From assembly GCA_010356995.1 (NCBI GenBank), contig ML996694.1, forward strand, positions 247,224-311,223: 64,000 bases of DNA. The letters are read 5' to 3'. A program made the position numbers and the translations under genes. Below, piece by piece: positions 23,745-35,560 of the stretch; position 1 is the stretch's first letter, and each line of letters begins with the position of its first letter. The notes beneath the pieces are model-generated. The model did not search any database. It was given only the letters and a program-made list of their open reading frames with translations, and was not told the origin of the DNA. Origin of the DNA: Trichodelitschia bisporula. Lineage: Eukaryota.

Positions 23745-24968
23745 TTAAACTGCCTCCCGCACCTCGGCCCCAACAAGCTTATCTCCTCCTTGCTCCTTTC
23801 CCTCTTCTCCCCTTCCCTCGCCCTCCGCCATCTGCATCTCCCCAACCAACCCCACCCTCCTGTCCACCCACCGTCTCCACGGCCTGTAACACACCGCACT
23901 CCCCACCGCAGCCAGCACGAAGAGCCCACACACGCTCCCTCCGATAACATCATACCGCTCCCCAACCCTCGTCACGCCGCGCCAAAACGCGCTCTCCGCC
24001 GCCTTCTCCTCACCTACGATCCGGCTCCCCAGCACCAGGGCCTGCAGCGTACCCACCACCACCGCGACCAGCACCGTGGCGCCGGTGAGAACGAGGGAGA
24101 AGTACGTGACCGCAATATCATCCCGCACTAACCTCCCCGACTCCGCCCCACCCTGCCCCTCCTCATCGCTAGAAGCAGGCTTCGTCGCCCCAACATAAAG
24201 ACTCATCATAAGCGCACCGTCCGTGGTGTCGAGCGCCGCCATCCCCGCCGCAAAAAGCACCGGAAAAAGCAATATCAACCACAAACTCGTCCCCCGCGCC
24301 GCCTGCAGCGCACTAAGTCCCAACAATGCAATCTCACTGCTCGTGTCAAACCCGAGCCCAAACAACACGCCCAGCGGGTACATCTTCCACGGCCGATCCA
24401 CCAGCCTTGCTGCCCTCCCAACCGCACGCGCCAGCGGGCCCGAGGGCAGGACGAGGGCCGGGGCGTCCGAGGTGGGGTGCAGGAGGAGGGAGAGATGCCG
24501 GGCGAGTTTGTAGAGCAGAATACAGTTGAGGAGTCCGAGGAGCAGGAGGAATGCGGCGCTGACGGAGGAGCCGATGAGACCGCCTATGCGGCTGAAAGAA
24601 TCGAAGTGGGACGTCAGGGTGGAGGCGGTGGCTGCGACGCAGATTGCTGTTATGAGCACGATGGTTGAGTGGCCAAGGCTGAACCACAGCCCGACTGTTG
24701 CGGGCTTCTGGCCGGTTGCGACGAGGCGCCGCGTCATGAGGTCGATGGCGGCGATGTGGTCTGCGTCGAGCGCGTGGCGCAGGCCGAGGACCCAGGATAG
24801 GACGGCGGTGGAGATTAGGGTACGGTGGAAGGAGAGGACGATCCCCGCGACCACCCACACCGCGCCATTAGCGAGGATTAGAGATGCGATCGCGACTACG
24901 GCGCGGAAGGGGAGGGCGCGGAGGTACGGTGTGCGCGCGTGTAGGGCGGCGAGGCGGGGGGGTAGCAT
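23745..24968 (-). CDS. nic1: High-affinity nickel transporter, NiCoT family
   Basis: Signatures GLRHALDADHIAAID, FSLGHSTIV and GVLFGLGFDT. Confidence 0.92.
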   Translation of the reverse strand: MLPPRLAALHARTPYLRALPFRAVVAIASLILANGAVWVVAGIVLSFHRTLISTAVLSWVLGLRHALDADHIAAIDLMTRRLVATGQKPATVGLWFSLGHSTIVLITAICVAATASTLTSHFDSFSRIGGLIGSSVSAAFLLLLGLLNCILLYKLARHLSLLLHPTSDAPALVLPSGPLARAVGRAARLVDRPWKMYPLGVLFGLGFDTSSEIALLGLSALQAARGTSLWLILLFPVLFAAGMAALDTTDGALMMSLYVGATKPASSDEEGQGGAESGRLVRDDIAVTYFSLVLTGATVLVAVVVGTLQALVLGSRIVGEEKAAESAFWRGVTRVGERYDVIGGSVCGLFVLAAVGSAVCYRPWRRWVDRRVGLVGEMQMAEGEGRGEEGKEQGGDKLVGAEVREAV

Positions 24969-25318
24969 TGTGGCTTCGGGTTCGTGTCAACGACGATGTC
25001 GAGAATCGGGGTACGAGAAACTGATTCGAAGTTCGGATCCTGCAATTCGGGTAGCCCTCCGGGCGCAAGGCCCGAGGGAAAGTGCTTGCGACCCCGCCAA
25101 TGCCCAGTGTCTGCCCCGCCATGTTGCTATCACGAGTGTGGGGCAGCGGGGGGGGGCGGCGTCGCGCTAATGCACCGTTATCTGCACGCGATTTGCTACG
25201 GGGCTTACCTGAGCAGATCGTGGCGGCGGAGGACATTAGGAACATTCTCAGCCCTGTGCATATTATCATCGCGAGCTCGCCTGTCCCGAAGGAGTGTTCA
25301 CTGGAGTGGTCGTGATGT

Positions 25319-27207
25319 TCAGCCTTTGAATTTACTAAAACAAAGACAGGCATTTGTCCCGCCAAACCCGAAGCTGTTACTCAGCGCCACGTCCACGCGC
25401 CGATGCTGCGCCGAGTGCGGGATGTAGTTGCAGTTGAATTCTGAGGGTGGATCGCCGGGGTTGTCGAGGTTGAGGGTTAGGGGGATTACGTCCTGTCCAG
25501 TCTATCAGCGCACCCTCCTCCCCACGCCCACACTCAGCATCCGGGGCACTCACCTCCGCAACACTTTTAACCGCAAAAACTCCCTCCACCGCGCCCGCCG
25601 CTCCAAGTAGATGTCCAAGCGCACCCTTAACACTCCCGACATTAACCTCCACCGCCCTCGCCCACCCTTCCTCCCCAAGCAATACTTCCTTAACCGCCCC
25701 ATTCTCCGCCCGATCACCCAGCACCGTCCCCGTAGCATGCGCACTCACATAATCTACTTCCCGCGGCCTGCACCCGGCAAACCGCAGCGCATTCTCCATC
25801 GCCCGCCGCGGCCCCTCCCCATCCGCTCTCGGCTGCGTAACATGCCACGCATCACTACTGAGCCCATACCCGCGCAGTTCGGCATAGATCCGCGCACCCC
25901 GTGCCTTCGCGTGCTCTAGTTCTTCGAGGAGCATCACGCCCGCGCCCTCGGCGATGACGAATCCGCTGCGATCACGGTCGAAGGGCCTCGACGCACTCTC
26001 TGGCGTTTGAAAGGACGTAACAAGGCTGCGCGCGCGCGCAAACCCTGCAATTGCAAGCGGGTGAATGCACGACTCCGTGCCGCCCGCAAGAACGACATTG
26101 CAGTCACCATGCGCAATGAGCCGTGCTGCATCGCCGATGCTGTGCGCGCCGGTTGTGCATGCCGTAGCCGTAGCGTGGGTTGGGCCGCGGAAGCCGAATT
26201 TCATACTCACGTGCCCGGCAGCAAGGTTGATAAGTAGGCGGGGCACGAAGTGCGGCGAGACTTTCTTGTAGCCGCCCGTGGAAAAGGCGAGGGCTGTAGA
26301 GACGACTTCGTCGAGCGCGCCGATACCGGAGCCGATGTAGACGCCCTAGGTAGTGGGGTTTAGCATTGCGGAGAGGGTGTGGGTAAAGGGAGGGGTAAAG
26401 GGCTAGGTGAAAAAGTCGTGTCAGCTCCCCCCCAGCTGTTGTTAGAGACCAGCGACGAATGCCCGACACGACTTTTTCACCTAGCCCTTGGGTGAGTGTA
26501 CTACGGTCTCGGGCATAATGGGCGTTAAGGGTCCAAGGGCCAGCCGGAAAAGTGATGAGCTCCTTCCCCCGCGGCTTTTGGTGAGGCATATGGCCAGTGA
26601 ACCGGGGGGGGCGGGAACATCACTTTTCCGGGTGTTTTCTTCGGACCCTTAACATACATTCGGCCCGGCACCGTAGTAGCCATTGCAGAGCTGGACAAAG
26701 CATACTGTATCCCGCAAGTCCTCCTCCCGCTCCGGCCGCCATCCCGCGTCGTCCAGCGCCTCCGTCGCCGCGGCAAGCGCATACTGCGCAAAACGTGCTA
26801 TGCGCCGCTCCTCCTGTCTCAATTCAGCCGAAACCCCGTCCGCAAGCTTAGTAGACGTACACCCGGCTCTAACCAGTCACTCGCTCTCCATCCGCCTTCG
26901 GCCCTGGGGCCTTCGGGGATAGTCCCTGCTATCCGCACGGGGAGGCCGTCCCATTCCGCGCCCGCGAGGTGGCGGATGCCGGATTTGCTGGCGAGGAGGG
27001 CGGGCCAGGCGTGTTTTAGGCCTGGGGGTGGTTAGCTGGGCCGTTGATTGTGTGAGGAGGTAATGTGGATGGAGGTATAATGAGGGGATATGCGGCTGCG
27101 GCCGGGATATGCGCGCGGATGCTACGCCGGTGAGAAGGGGGAGGTGTACCAACGCCCAAAGGAGTGACGACTCCCAGGCCCGTAACTACGACGCGGCGCG
27201 CCGCCAT
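25319..27207 (-). CDS. CEM1: Mitochondrial 3-oxoacyl-ACP synthase (FabF/OXSM type)
   Basis: RRVVVTGLG, TACTTGAH (catalytic Cys), AHATGT, KGALGHLLGAAG, SNSFGFGGTNA. Introns 27149-27022, 26860-26814, 26705-26346 and 25553-25493. Confidence 0.92.
26398..26678. other. Intronic double-hairpin element (structured ncRNA or MITE-like)
   Basis: 25-bp perfect inverted repeat 26398-26422/26465-26489, followed by nested stems 26499-26514/26663-26678, 26524-26534/26643-26653 and 26544-26557/26618-26631. Confidence 0.85.
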
Positions 27208-27987
27208 CTTTCGCTATTTAGGAAGATGAAACTGATAATGGTGAAGTTATGATTTGTGGCGGCGAGAATGCGATGCGGGCACGTGGTTTGACGATGTGAG
27301 GTTGGTGTGCACGGATCACGTGGTGGATACGATGTCACGGAAACAGCAACGCTGAAAATTCAAGTCCTCCGCGCACAGTTCATCAGCCACCAATGTGATG
27401 AATCCAGATGCAGTTCTTCTTGACTCGCATCTCCCGCCCTTTGCCCAGATCCGCGCTCGTTTCCTGGAGCACTCCCATGCCATTCCTGCATCTGTTCCAA
27501 CCTCCGTTGCTTCCGCCGCTCGGCTCGGGAAGCCGAAGGGTCAAGTACGTCCTCATCTCTCCCGAGATACAGTAGCAGCCCACAAAGTTCAAATCAACCC
27601 CAATGCCACGCATGAACCCATCTACCATTCACCCCGCAATTTCTCGACGTTCGAGGCCTCGTCGATCGGCATGTCTCTCCACAACAACCCAAACGTCAGG
27701 CCCGCCACGCGCTAGGCACTGACAGTTGCGCCACATCTGCAGGCGGCCAGATGCGGGTGTCGTCAGGGCGTTGCGGGGGGAAGCGGGAGCATTGGCGCTT
27801 GGATGGGAATCATGGTTCATTTCCCGGGTTTGGGGGGAGCGTGCGGGGCTGGTTCTCGCGTGTTTGGTGGAGGGGAGGGATTAGGGAATGAGGTTAGGTA
27901 CGGTAAGTGGTGGAGGTTGGGTTTGCGGGATGGTTGTTGGGGAAATGATGATCACCTCTCCACCTGCTTTGAGGGGGAAAGTTCACG

Positions 27988-29060
27988 ATGGCAGCGCCGT
28001 GCAACTTTCCAACTCTCATCATTGAAATCGTCGCGGAAATCGCAATTGCAAAAAACCTCAGTTTCCAGAAACTCTCCCGCCTTCTGCAGCCCGCATACCC
28101 GCCCAGCCCTTGCTTCGCGTTCCCCCCCCCCAAATCCGAACCAACCTCGCCGCTACTCGCCGCTATTCAAGCCACTCGCTTCCACTCGCAGCTTGCAGAA
28201 TCCGCGACGCAAAACAACTCGGCAGGGCACTGGCATTGAACGCCCGCGGTCTCAACTCTGCTCCGCCTATCTCCCTGCCCGCGTCTGACCATCCCGCCTC
28301 ATGATCCTAAGAGCTAATGGAAAGAGTGATGTCGTCTCCACTACTGCAAAAGACAGAGAGGGCGATATCGCCTTTTCTATCAGCCTATGTCCCGTCAAAC
28401 ACGCGACTGAAGGACTTCGGGCGCTCACTGCATCCGTAAACCGATCAGTGACAAAAATGATACCCGTAGCCGTCCCGTCCGCAAGACCGCTCCGGCCGCG
28501 CGGCTGCAACTTCCCCGTAGCCCTCTCCCGTGATTTCATCTTCCCCCGTCCCCCATCCCCGGTCCTGCAGACATGGCGTGGCGAATATCTCGTTCCCTAC
28601 GGGCCTGCAGGAAAACGGTTGGGCCAAACGAACACGCATGAAAGGATCTACGCCACCATCCCGCTAAAACCCCCACCGCAAACACGCAAAACGCAGACGC
28701 AGAGTCATGGCCCGCGCCCTGCCAATTGTCAAATGCCATGGCGATGCCTCCGGTGTTAGCGTTCTGCGCGCGATTCAGGTCATTGCTGGAGATGGCTCCG
28801 GGATTGTGGGGGCTGGGGGAGGGCAAAGGAAGTGGGTGAGGCCGGTAAGATGGGAGCGCTGGAACTTCCTAGCTTTTTGGCAGGATTCTTACGACCCAGC
28901 TTCCTGGCCTTTGGCTACGGTGCTGGCGGAGTTCTTGCGCGATGGAGGTGCTTGGCGTGGCGTCCGGCTGCTGTGTTGGGGACTGGGCGTGCAGAATCTG
29001 GAGTATGCGGGGTGCAAAGAGGTTCAGGGAGTTGATATCACGGTATTGATGTCGTCGAAC
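27988..29060 (+). pseudogene. Possible disrupted gene with an F-box-like N-terminus
   Basis: MAAPCNFPTLIIEIVAEIA loosely resembles an F-box start. Protein-like fragments continue in different frames with no clear introns. Confidence 0.25.
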
Positions 29061-29817
29061 CCGTCAACGTCAACATCATCAACCATCAACGGAACCATCA
29101 CCGTCTCCTCTCCCCAACGCCCGGGACTCTTTCCTTCCCCACACTCTCGTCATCTTGTACCCCCACACCCAAACCCCCCCGCCCGGGCCCAGCGCCACAT
29201 GGCGCCGGTTCCTGACTCGCGTCGCAGCACCCAAACCGCCAACCCCGCCACCCACAAGCGCAGCGCCCAATCGCACACTTCCCCCAGTTCACCGCGCGGC
29301 TGATCCCGGACCCGCCCAGCACGTAGCGCGCGCTCACGACAGGCATGTCATGCTGGGCATCGGATCGCGGGCCGCGCGCGCAGCTTCGCACGACTAAGTG
29401 GCGCGGCGAGCGAGGGCGGACGAGAGTCCTTAAGCTGGAGGCTGCGCTAGCGGTGTGCGGTTGCCAGCGGAGCTGCTTTTGCCACTTTTATTGTATCACG
29501 TTCGAAGGTCAGGTCACGACAAAAGAGTTGTGGGATTTGGGTTTGCTGGTTGAACAGGATTGATTGTGCGTATCAACATTGCCAATAAGGACGGATCGGG
29601 TCCGGATTACGCTTGCCGACGGGGCCTCTTGGGTGGAATTTCTGCAGAGCCGTGCTTGACTTTTGGGCGGGATATCAGCATCCACGAGTGTGTTCGCCGT
29701 CTCCTTCGTGAGAGACGCAGCACGTCGACTGCTCTCTACGGCTCTTAGAGCAAGATACCCATCGTCGACTGCGCTCAGTGGCCATCTCCAGCGACACTCA
29801 CATCACCATCCGCGACC

Positions 29818-31011
29818 ATGTCCGGCGAAACCCTCGTCAGACCCGATCTCGGGGTCCCGATGCGGCCAGACGACAACCGCTCGCACTACTCCCTCCCCGT
29901 CGACAGCACCATGGCCTGGATCGCCATCGCGACGTACCTGCTCCGCATGTACACGCGCGTGTATCCGCGGAACAATCTGCGGTGGGATGATTTCTTCATC
30001 ACTTTAGGCGCTGTTCGTCCCCCCCCAAACAAAAATCCTCTCAGAGACACCCAACTAACCCTCCACAGCTCTGCCTCGTAATGGCATGGGTATGCGAAGT
30101 ATACATGGTGCGACACGGCATGGGCCGGCACGTCGAGTACATCATGTCGCCCACGAACTTGATCTTCATGGGCAAGATCCGGCTCATCGCGCTGCCGGCC
30201 TGGTTCTGGGGCACCACGTTCACCAAAGTCTCCCTGGGGTTCATGATGCTGCGCATTCTGCAGGCGCGGAAGTGGCAGATTATCCTCTACTCCGTGATTG
30301 CCGCGCTGTTGGTTGCGACGGCCATTACGACTGGGTTTCAGTATACGGAGTGCACGCCCTTCCGCGCGTTCTGGAACCCAATGACGCCCGGCGCGCATTG
30401 TCGCCCGCTGGAACTGGTGCTTAAGCACACTTATTGGTCTACAAGTACGCTTCCCTATCCCGCAAACACCACCCTCTAACCCCCCCGCAGTTATCTTCAT
30501 CGTCAGCGACGTCTTCTTCGCGCTCCTCCCGCTCTCCTTCATCCTAAAAATGCAACTCCCCGTGTACGAAAAAGTAATCATCACCCTCCTCATGGGTCTC
30601 GGCCTCATCGCCTCCATCGCCGGCATCATTAAACTCACCCACGCGCGCCAATTCCTCTCCTCCAAGGACCCGACCTGGGACGGGATTACCTTCGGCATGT
30701 GGGCGGCCGCCGAGCAAAGCATCGGTATTTTCGCCGCCTGTGTCCCGCCGCTCAAGGCGCTCCTCGCACAGTTTCTGCGGAGCATTGGAAGAGGGTTCAG
30801 TAAGAATTTCTCCGGGGGGAGTGGGTCGGGGTCCGGGGGGGCGGCGGGCGAGGAAGCCATTTATGGGGGGCGGAAGAGGGGGAGTAGTGAGGAGGGCTTG
30901 GATGCGAGTCGGGATGGGGACGGGTATCCGCTGGACGATACGACGGTTCAATATGTGGTTGGCAAGAATGGGCTTATTGTTAGGCAGGAGAAGCCGAAGG
31001 AGGAGGTTTAG
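29818..31011 (+). CDS. PTH11-like integral membrane receptor (fungal rhodopsin domain, no CFEM)
   Basis: LRMYTR..LRWDDFFI, GMGRH, TKVSLG..LRI, ECTPFRAFWN, SDVFFALLP, EQSIGIFAACVPPLK. Introns 30013-30068 and 30445-30490. Confidence 0.88.
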
Positions 31012-31623
31012 TGGGATGGGCGGGGCAAATGGAGGGGGACATGGGCTGGCAAGGGCGTCTGGTTTTTTTGGGTGTGCTTAATGCGTTGAGCGGGTCTGCT
31101 GCTGTTTGGCAATGGCACCGTATTTCTCTCGCGGGAGCGCGCGCGATGTGAGCGTGAATTATCCGCGTGCCTTATCCGCATTGCGGATCTCGCTCCTTGA
31201 TGCGCTTCTCTGAGGTAGAGCTAGAACGCATTGCTTCCTCCTAGTCGCTTGATGAAATCTCTGACCTCATGTCTGCGGGAAATGTGCGGAGTGCAGGTTC
31301 GAGTTGCTGGGTGCCTTGGTTCGGCTGGTGCAAAAGCAAAGCGGCCAAGTCCTGCCGAGTCAGGAACCGCCCTGCCCTTATCGGAACGAATCCGACGGCA
31401 TGTGCCGCGTGAGACACACTAGCCACAACGGCGTGGAAGACGGAGAACGCACGAAAGCGCGATTACATAAAAAATGGCAAGTTGCTGCGAGTCTTCGGCG
31501 ATACAAGTCACCTCACTTCAACAAGCGGAAGCCGAACGACGGCAGCGTCATTACAAAATTACATCCCAAACCCCAAATCCCATCCAAGTCCAACAGCTCA
31601 ACTCACGGCCTACAAACAACCAT

Positions 31624-32728
31624 CTACAAGTAAACATAGCACAAGATGCCCTGCCCATTCAAATTCAGCGGATCCATAACCTGGCGAATCGGCCGGTCCT
31701 GCGCATTATACCCCATCCACAGCTGGGTATCGAGCGTCACCGTGCCGCTCCCATTCCCGTACCGCGGGCCCCCAATCTCGGTCAGCCGCCCGCTGCCGAG
31801 CAACTGCCAGCTCCACCAAATGCGATCGAGGTTCGCATGGTGCAGGTAGAAAATCGGGTCATTAATCGAGCTCCACAGATTGAGCATCTCACCCCCAGTC
31901 CCATAATGCCCACCCCCATGAATCCCGAGGAAGTTCCCCGTAGCACCGGTATCCGTATCCACCGCCGCCGCAAACTCGGCATACGTCTGCTTCTGCAGGC
32001 AGGGCACGACATTTGCGCTCCAGCTCTGCGCGGTGTTGCCAAACGCGCCCTGAATGTTGCGCTTCATGCACCGCGCCGTCTGGTTGAAGGTGTAGCTGGG
32101 CCCCAACCAGAGCGTGCGGCTCGCGAAGGGGCCATCATTGATGCAGTTCCCGACGGGCGGGCCGAAGAGCGCGGCTTGCAGGTCGGTGATGGGGACGGTG
32201 CCGCCGGCGCCGTTACCGCCGAAGCCAGTTACCGGGTCGAAGATGGGAGAGGTGGCGAAGTCGCCGCCAAATTCGGGAGTATCGCGCGACCAGTCCCAGT
32301 AGGGTTGCGCGCCGTTGTAGCCGCATTCGTTGACGAGGGCGTTTTCGTATTCCCAGAGCATGTACCGATGCCACGGCAGGAAGACACCGTTCAGATGGAT
32401 ACCGCCGCCCGGAGTCTGCGGCCCGAGCACCGGGTCAAGGACAATGTTCTCCGTGGCGTTCAGGTGCATGAAGACGAAGTCGTCGTGGCGGTTCTTGATA
32501 CCCGGGAAACGGGTCTGCACCTTCGCGGGCTTGTCCCACAGACATTGTACCGCGTCGATGTACGCCTTCTTCTCCGACTTGCTGAGGGTGCGCCTGGGAG
32601 AGTTAATGCCTGCACAATGCACCGTAGAGTACGAGAACATACCACTCGCGCCGAATGCGCGGGATGCAGAAGGCATCCGCCGTCGACGCAAGGCCGACCA
32701 GACCTATTGTAAGGAACGACAAGAGCAT
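31624..32728 (-). CDS. Secreted tyrosinase/catechol oxidase (type-3 di-copper protein)
   Basis: Signal peptide MLLSFLTIGLVGLA; RREW|R across intron 32642-32594; CuA IHLNGVFLPWHR; PYWDW; CuB IHGGGH and DPIFYLHHANLDR. Confidence 0.9.
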
Positions 32729-34979
32729 CTCGAAAGGAGCGACTATAAGACGCGAGACAAAAAAAGAAGCGGAAGTCCCGTAGATTACCAAACGCTATCC
32801 GCGGGGCTCCTGCTCATTACTTATATATCACCCACGCCCCGTCCCGCACTCCCAACAACCCGCCCCATCCCATCCCCGCGCATGCGAACCCGGCCACCGG
32901 GGACGCAAAAGCGGGTCTCTCCCGCGTTAGGCGACAGCGGTCTCCGTTATCACGCCTATGAGAGCGGCGGACGTACGGTAGACGTTCGCGAAGCATTCGG
33001 CCAGACTTCCAGCGCCTCGTGCCGCGTCAGGTGCATCCGCACGCTCAGCTCATGCCACCAGCTCCTGGAAGGGTCCATATCCCATTGGTCCGTGCGTTCG
33101 GCTCGAACCGCGCCAGCGGGTCGCGGCGGTATTTGCGCAGGCCCTCCGCGGGACGATATCAGCAGCGGGGGCGCGGGCGGTGGTTGGTCAATTGCATGGG
33201 CGCAGCCTAAAGGAATGCGAGAACCCCAGCTGATGCTGAAAGTTAAAGTGCAGTGTGGGAACCGAGATCGGGCGAGCAGTGCGAGATGGAGCGGGACAGA
33301 CCTGGTGGCGAGAAGCGCGGGAACAGGAGATTGGGGCAATGTGCAGCGCGGTTCTCGCTTCTGACTCGTGCAGGTTAGCTATACGCGACTTGGCATTGGG
33401 TCGCACGATGAAGATTTTTGGAGCGGACATCGTGGACTGATTGCGAGTGTTCTCGGAATTCGCATTACGACGTTGGGAACGATGGATTCTTCGAAGAAGA
33501 GGCTAAATGGGGAAGGCTGATGTCGAGGAACGCGGCATCTCGGAAGCGGAGAAATCCCGGGCCTATCACATCCGCTCGTGGCGCATATGGATGCGAACTG
33601 ATGGGATAACCGGTATCTTGGCCGATACTTTGTCGTCCGCTTGAGGGTAGTTTGGCGCACGGCGGAGGGCAGTTGAATTTAGCTTTCTGGCGTGAGCGGG
33701 GCGGCGCTAATGGCGTCAACTCGTGACAGCGCCGATCGACAACGACGACGCGTCCCGCGCCAGCACGGCTGGTGCGGATGCTCAAATGGGCAGAATCTGC
33801 CCGTATGCAGCCTTCGGGAGGTGCGCCTTCGCTACAAATTGCAGCTGTACAGTACCACTTTCGGGCTTTTGAGGCCGCGATGCAAGCTCGCTGATGCAAA
33901 TTGCAGGCTTGCGACATGTCTGCGGTCGGAACCGGCGCGCGCCACGCCTACCCCTAGTGCGAGATTGCGACCATTTAGTCTCCGGAATATCGTATATGGC
34001 GACAGGCTAGACGCTGGCCTTCATCGATTGTACAGAGTGTACGGATGTAAGGTTGAGTGTGCTGTGCAAGTCCTATGATGAGCTGCTGAGAGTCGTCAGA
34101 TACCTGGAGAATTGGAAGTTGTCGAGTTAAGGAGATCGATGAGCATGACGAGTGCGATTCATGAAGTGGTGTACGTTCGACCTGGAAGTGTTGTGTTGAG
34201 TAGGTGCAAGCACAACCCTTTACGCTCAGTTAGCGGCCTTCACCTTTGTTGGCATCCAGGTCCGAAGTGCAAATGACATTCTCGCTAGATGTGTCAAGGC
34301 GCCCAAGCGATCTCTCGTCACCACTCCTTCGCTCCAATATGCTCCAGTATCGCGTCTCTCCAGAACCTCAAGCATCGGAGCAAACGCCGCCTGGAAAAAC
34401 CGAGGCCTTCCCTCCGTGGTTTTTGCTGTGTGAATGCACGGGCCATGGCGGGGAGCGGGGTGACCTCGACCCTTCGGGTGCACACCTCATAGCCGCTGCA
34501 TGCCTTTAGCCTGCCCACAACAACTTCACTACCAATGCATACCTCAATCTGCACACTATAACGTCACTGCTTCTGATCCGTCTGGTAGCAAAGCTTATAT
34601 AAACTGTACGACCTTCGCTGAACACCGACTGCAAAACAACTACCTCGCAGAACAGTCTCCCCTGACGACAAGGCAGCGAACAATTCCCTGAGCAAATGGG
34701 CAAGTACAACCTCAAGGCTTATAAGGGCGGCAAGGACGGTATCCGCCGTGCCTCCCCGCGTCAGGCTGTAGCGCAGCGCTACCTCCAGCAAACTCACGGC
34801 CCTTGGAACGGTCTTTGTCGGTCGTTTGACTCAGGTGCACCATCCTATCCACGGCACGGGCAACATTGAGAATGAGCTGGCAGCTGCGGTCAAGTATGGA
34901 CGGGGCAAGGTTGCTGAAAACATCTTCTTGTGGAAGAATGGCAGTCACTTCGCCAACAGCACTAGGCTCTCGTCCAGAT

Positions 34980-35560
34980 GATCGAGGACTATATCGACGC
35001 TGAGGAAGATGCGGCGGCGGCGTGCGAAGCGGGGAGACATTCGAAGTAGGTCACCCTAACGAACGGTGACGTATTTAGCAGGTATACTAACAGCCGCTAG
35101 GCATGGAAGCTTGAGATTGTCTTCCTCCCCACCGGCATTCAGGTTCATCTGCACCCTCGCTCTCTATCCATGCCAAATATCCAATGTATACAATTCCTCG
35201 TCAACACCCACCACCCCCACCACGACATAAGGGCTTCAAGACCTTATATATCTCGGCGCTGGGCAGCCCAGAAGCTGGACACCCATTGGATCAGGTACAT
35301 TGAAGAACACACACGACATCTCGACTTCCAGATCCTTGCGAGCTATAAGTAAGATCCAAAGACGGATGTTATGGTACCACTTCTGCTTACACACCGAGTA
35401 TACATCGGAGACTCCGTGAACTATATAACACGGTGTGTGCCGCGCGGGTACTTCGTAACGATACCAAAATCTAGGTCTCCGTACGGTATACCGCCATCTG
35501 GCGTCGGCTCTGATCACCTCCAAGTACCACCACGCCTGATGTTAAACCTCACATACAGCT
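34980..35560 (+). pseudogene. Decayed gene relic related to the 3560-4000 locus
   Basis: Intron-like segment 35046-35100 is highly similar to 3669-3717. Only fragmented ORFs. Confidence 0.35.

Noticed and set aside
26398..26678. H/ACA snoRNA or TPP riboswitch interpretation of the intronic hairpins
   Set aside because: No ANANNA hinge between the hairpins on the sense strand, stems too perfect to form pseudouridylation pockets, and no TPP core motifs (CTGAGA, CCTGAT..GGATAAT).
31474..32712. 412-aa plus-strand ORF
   Set aside because: Antisense shadow of the tyrosinase gene. Such ORFs are common in GC-rich coding DNA, as with 41264..42454 and 12652..13434.
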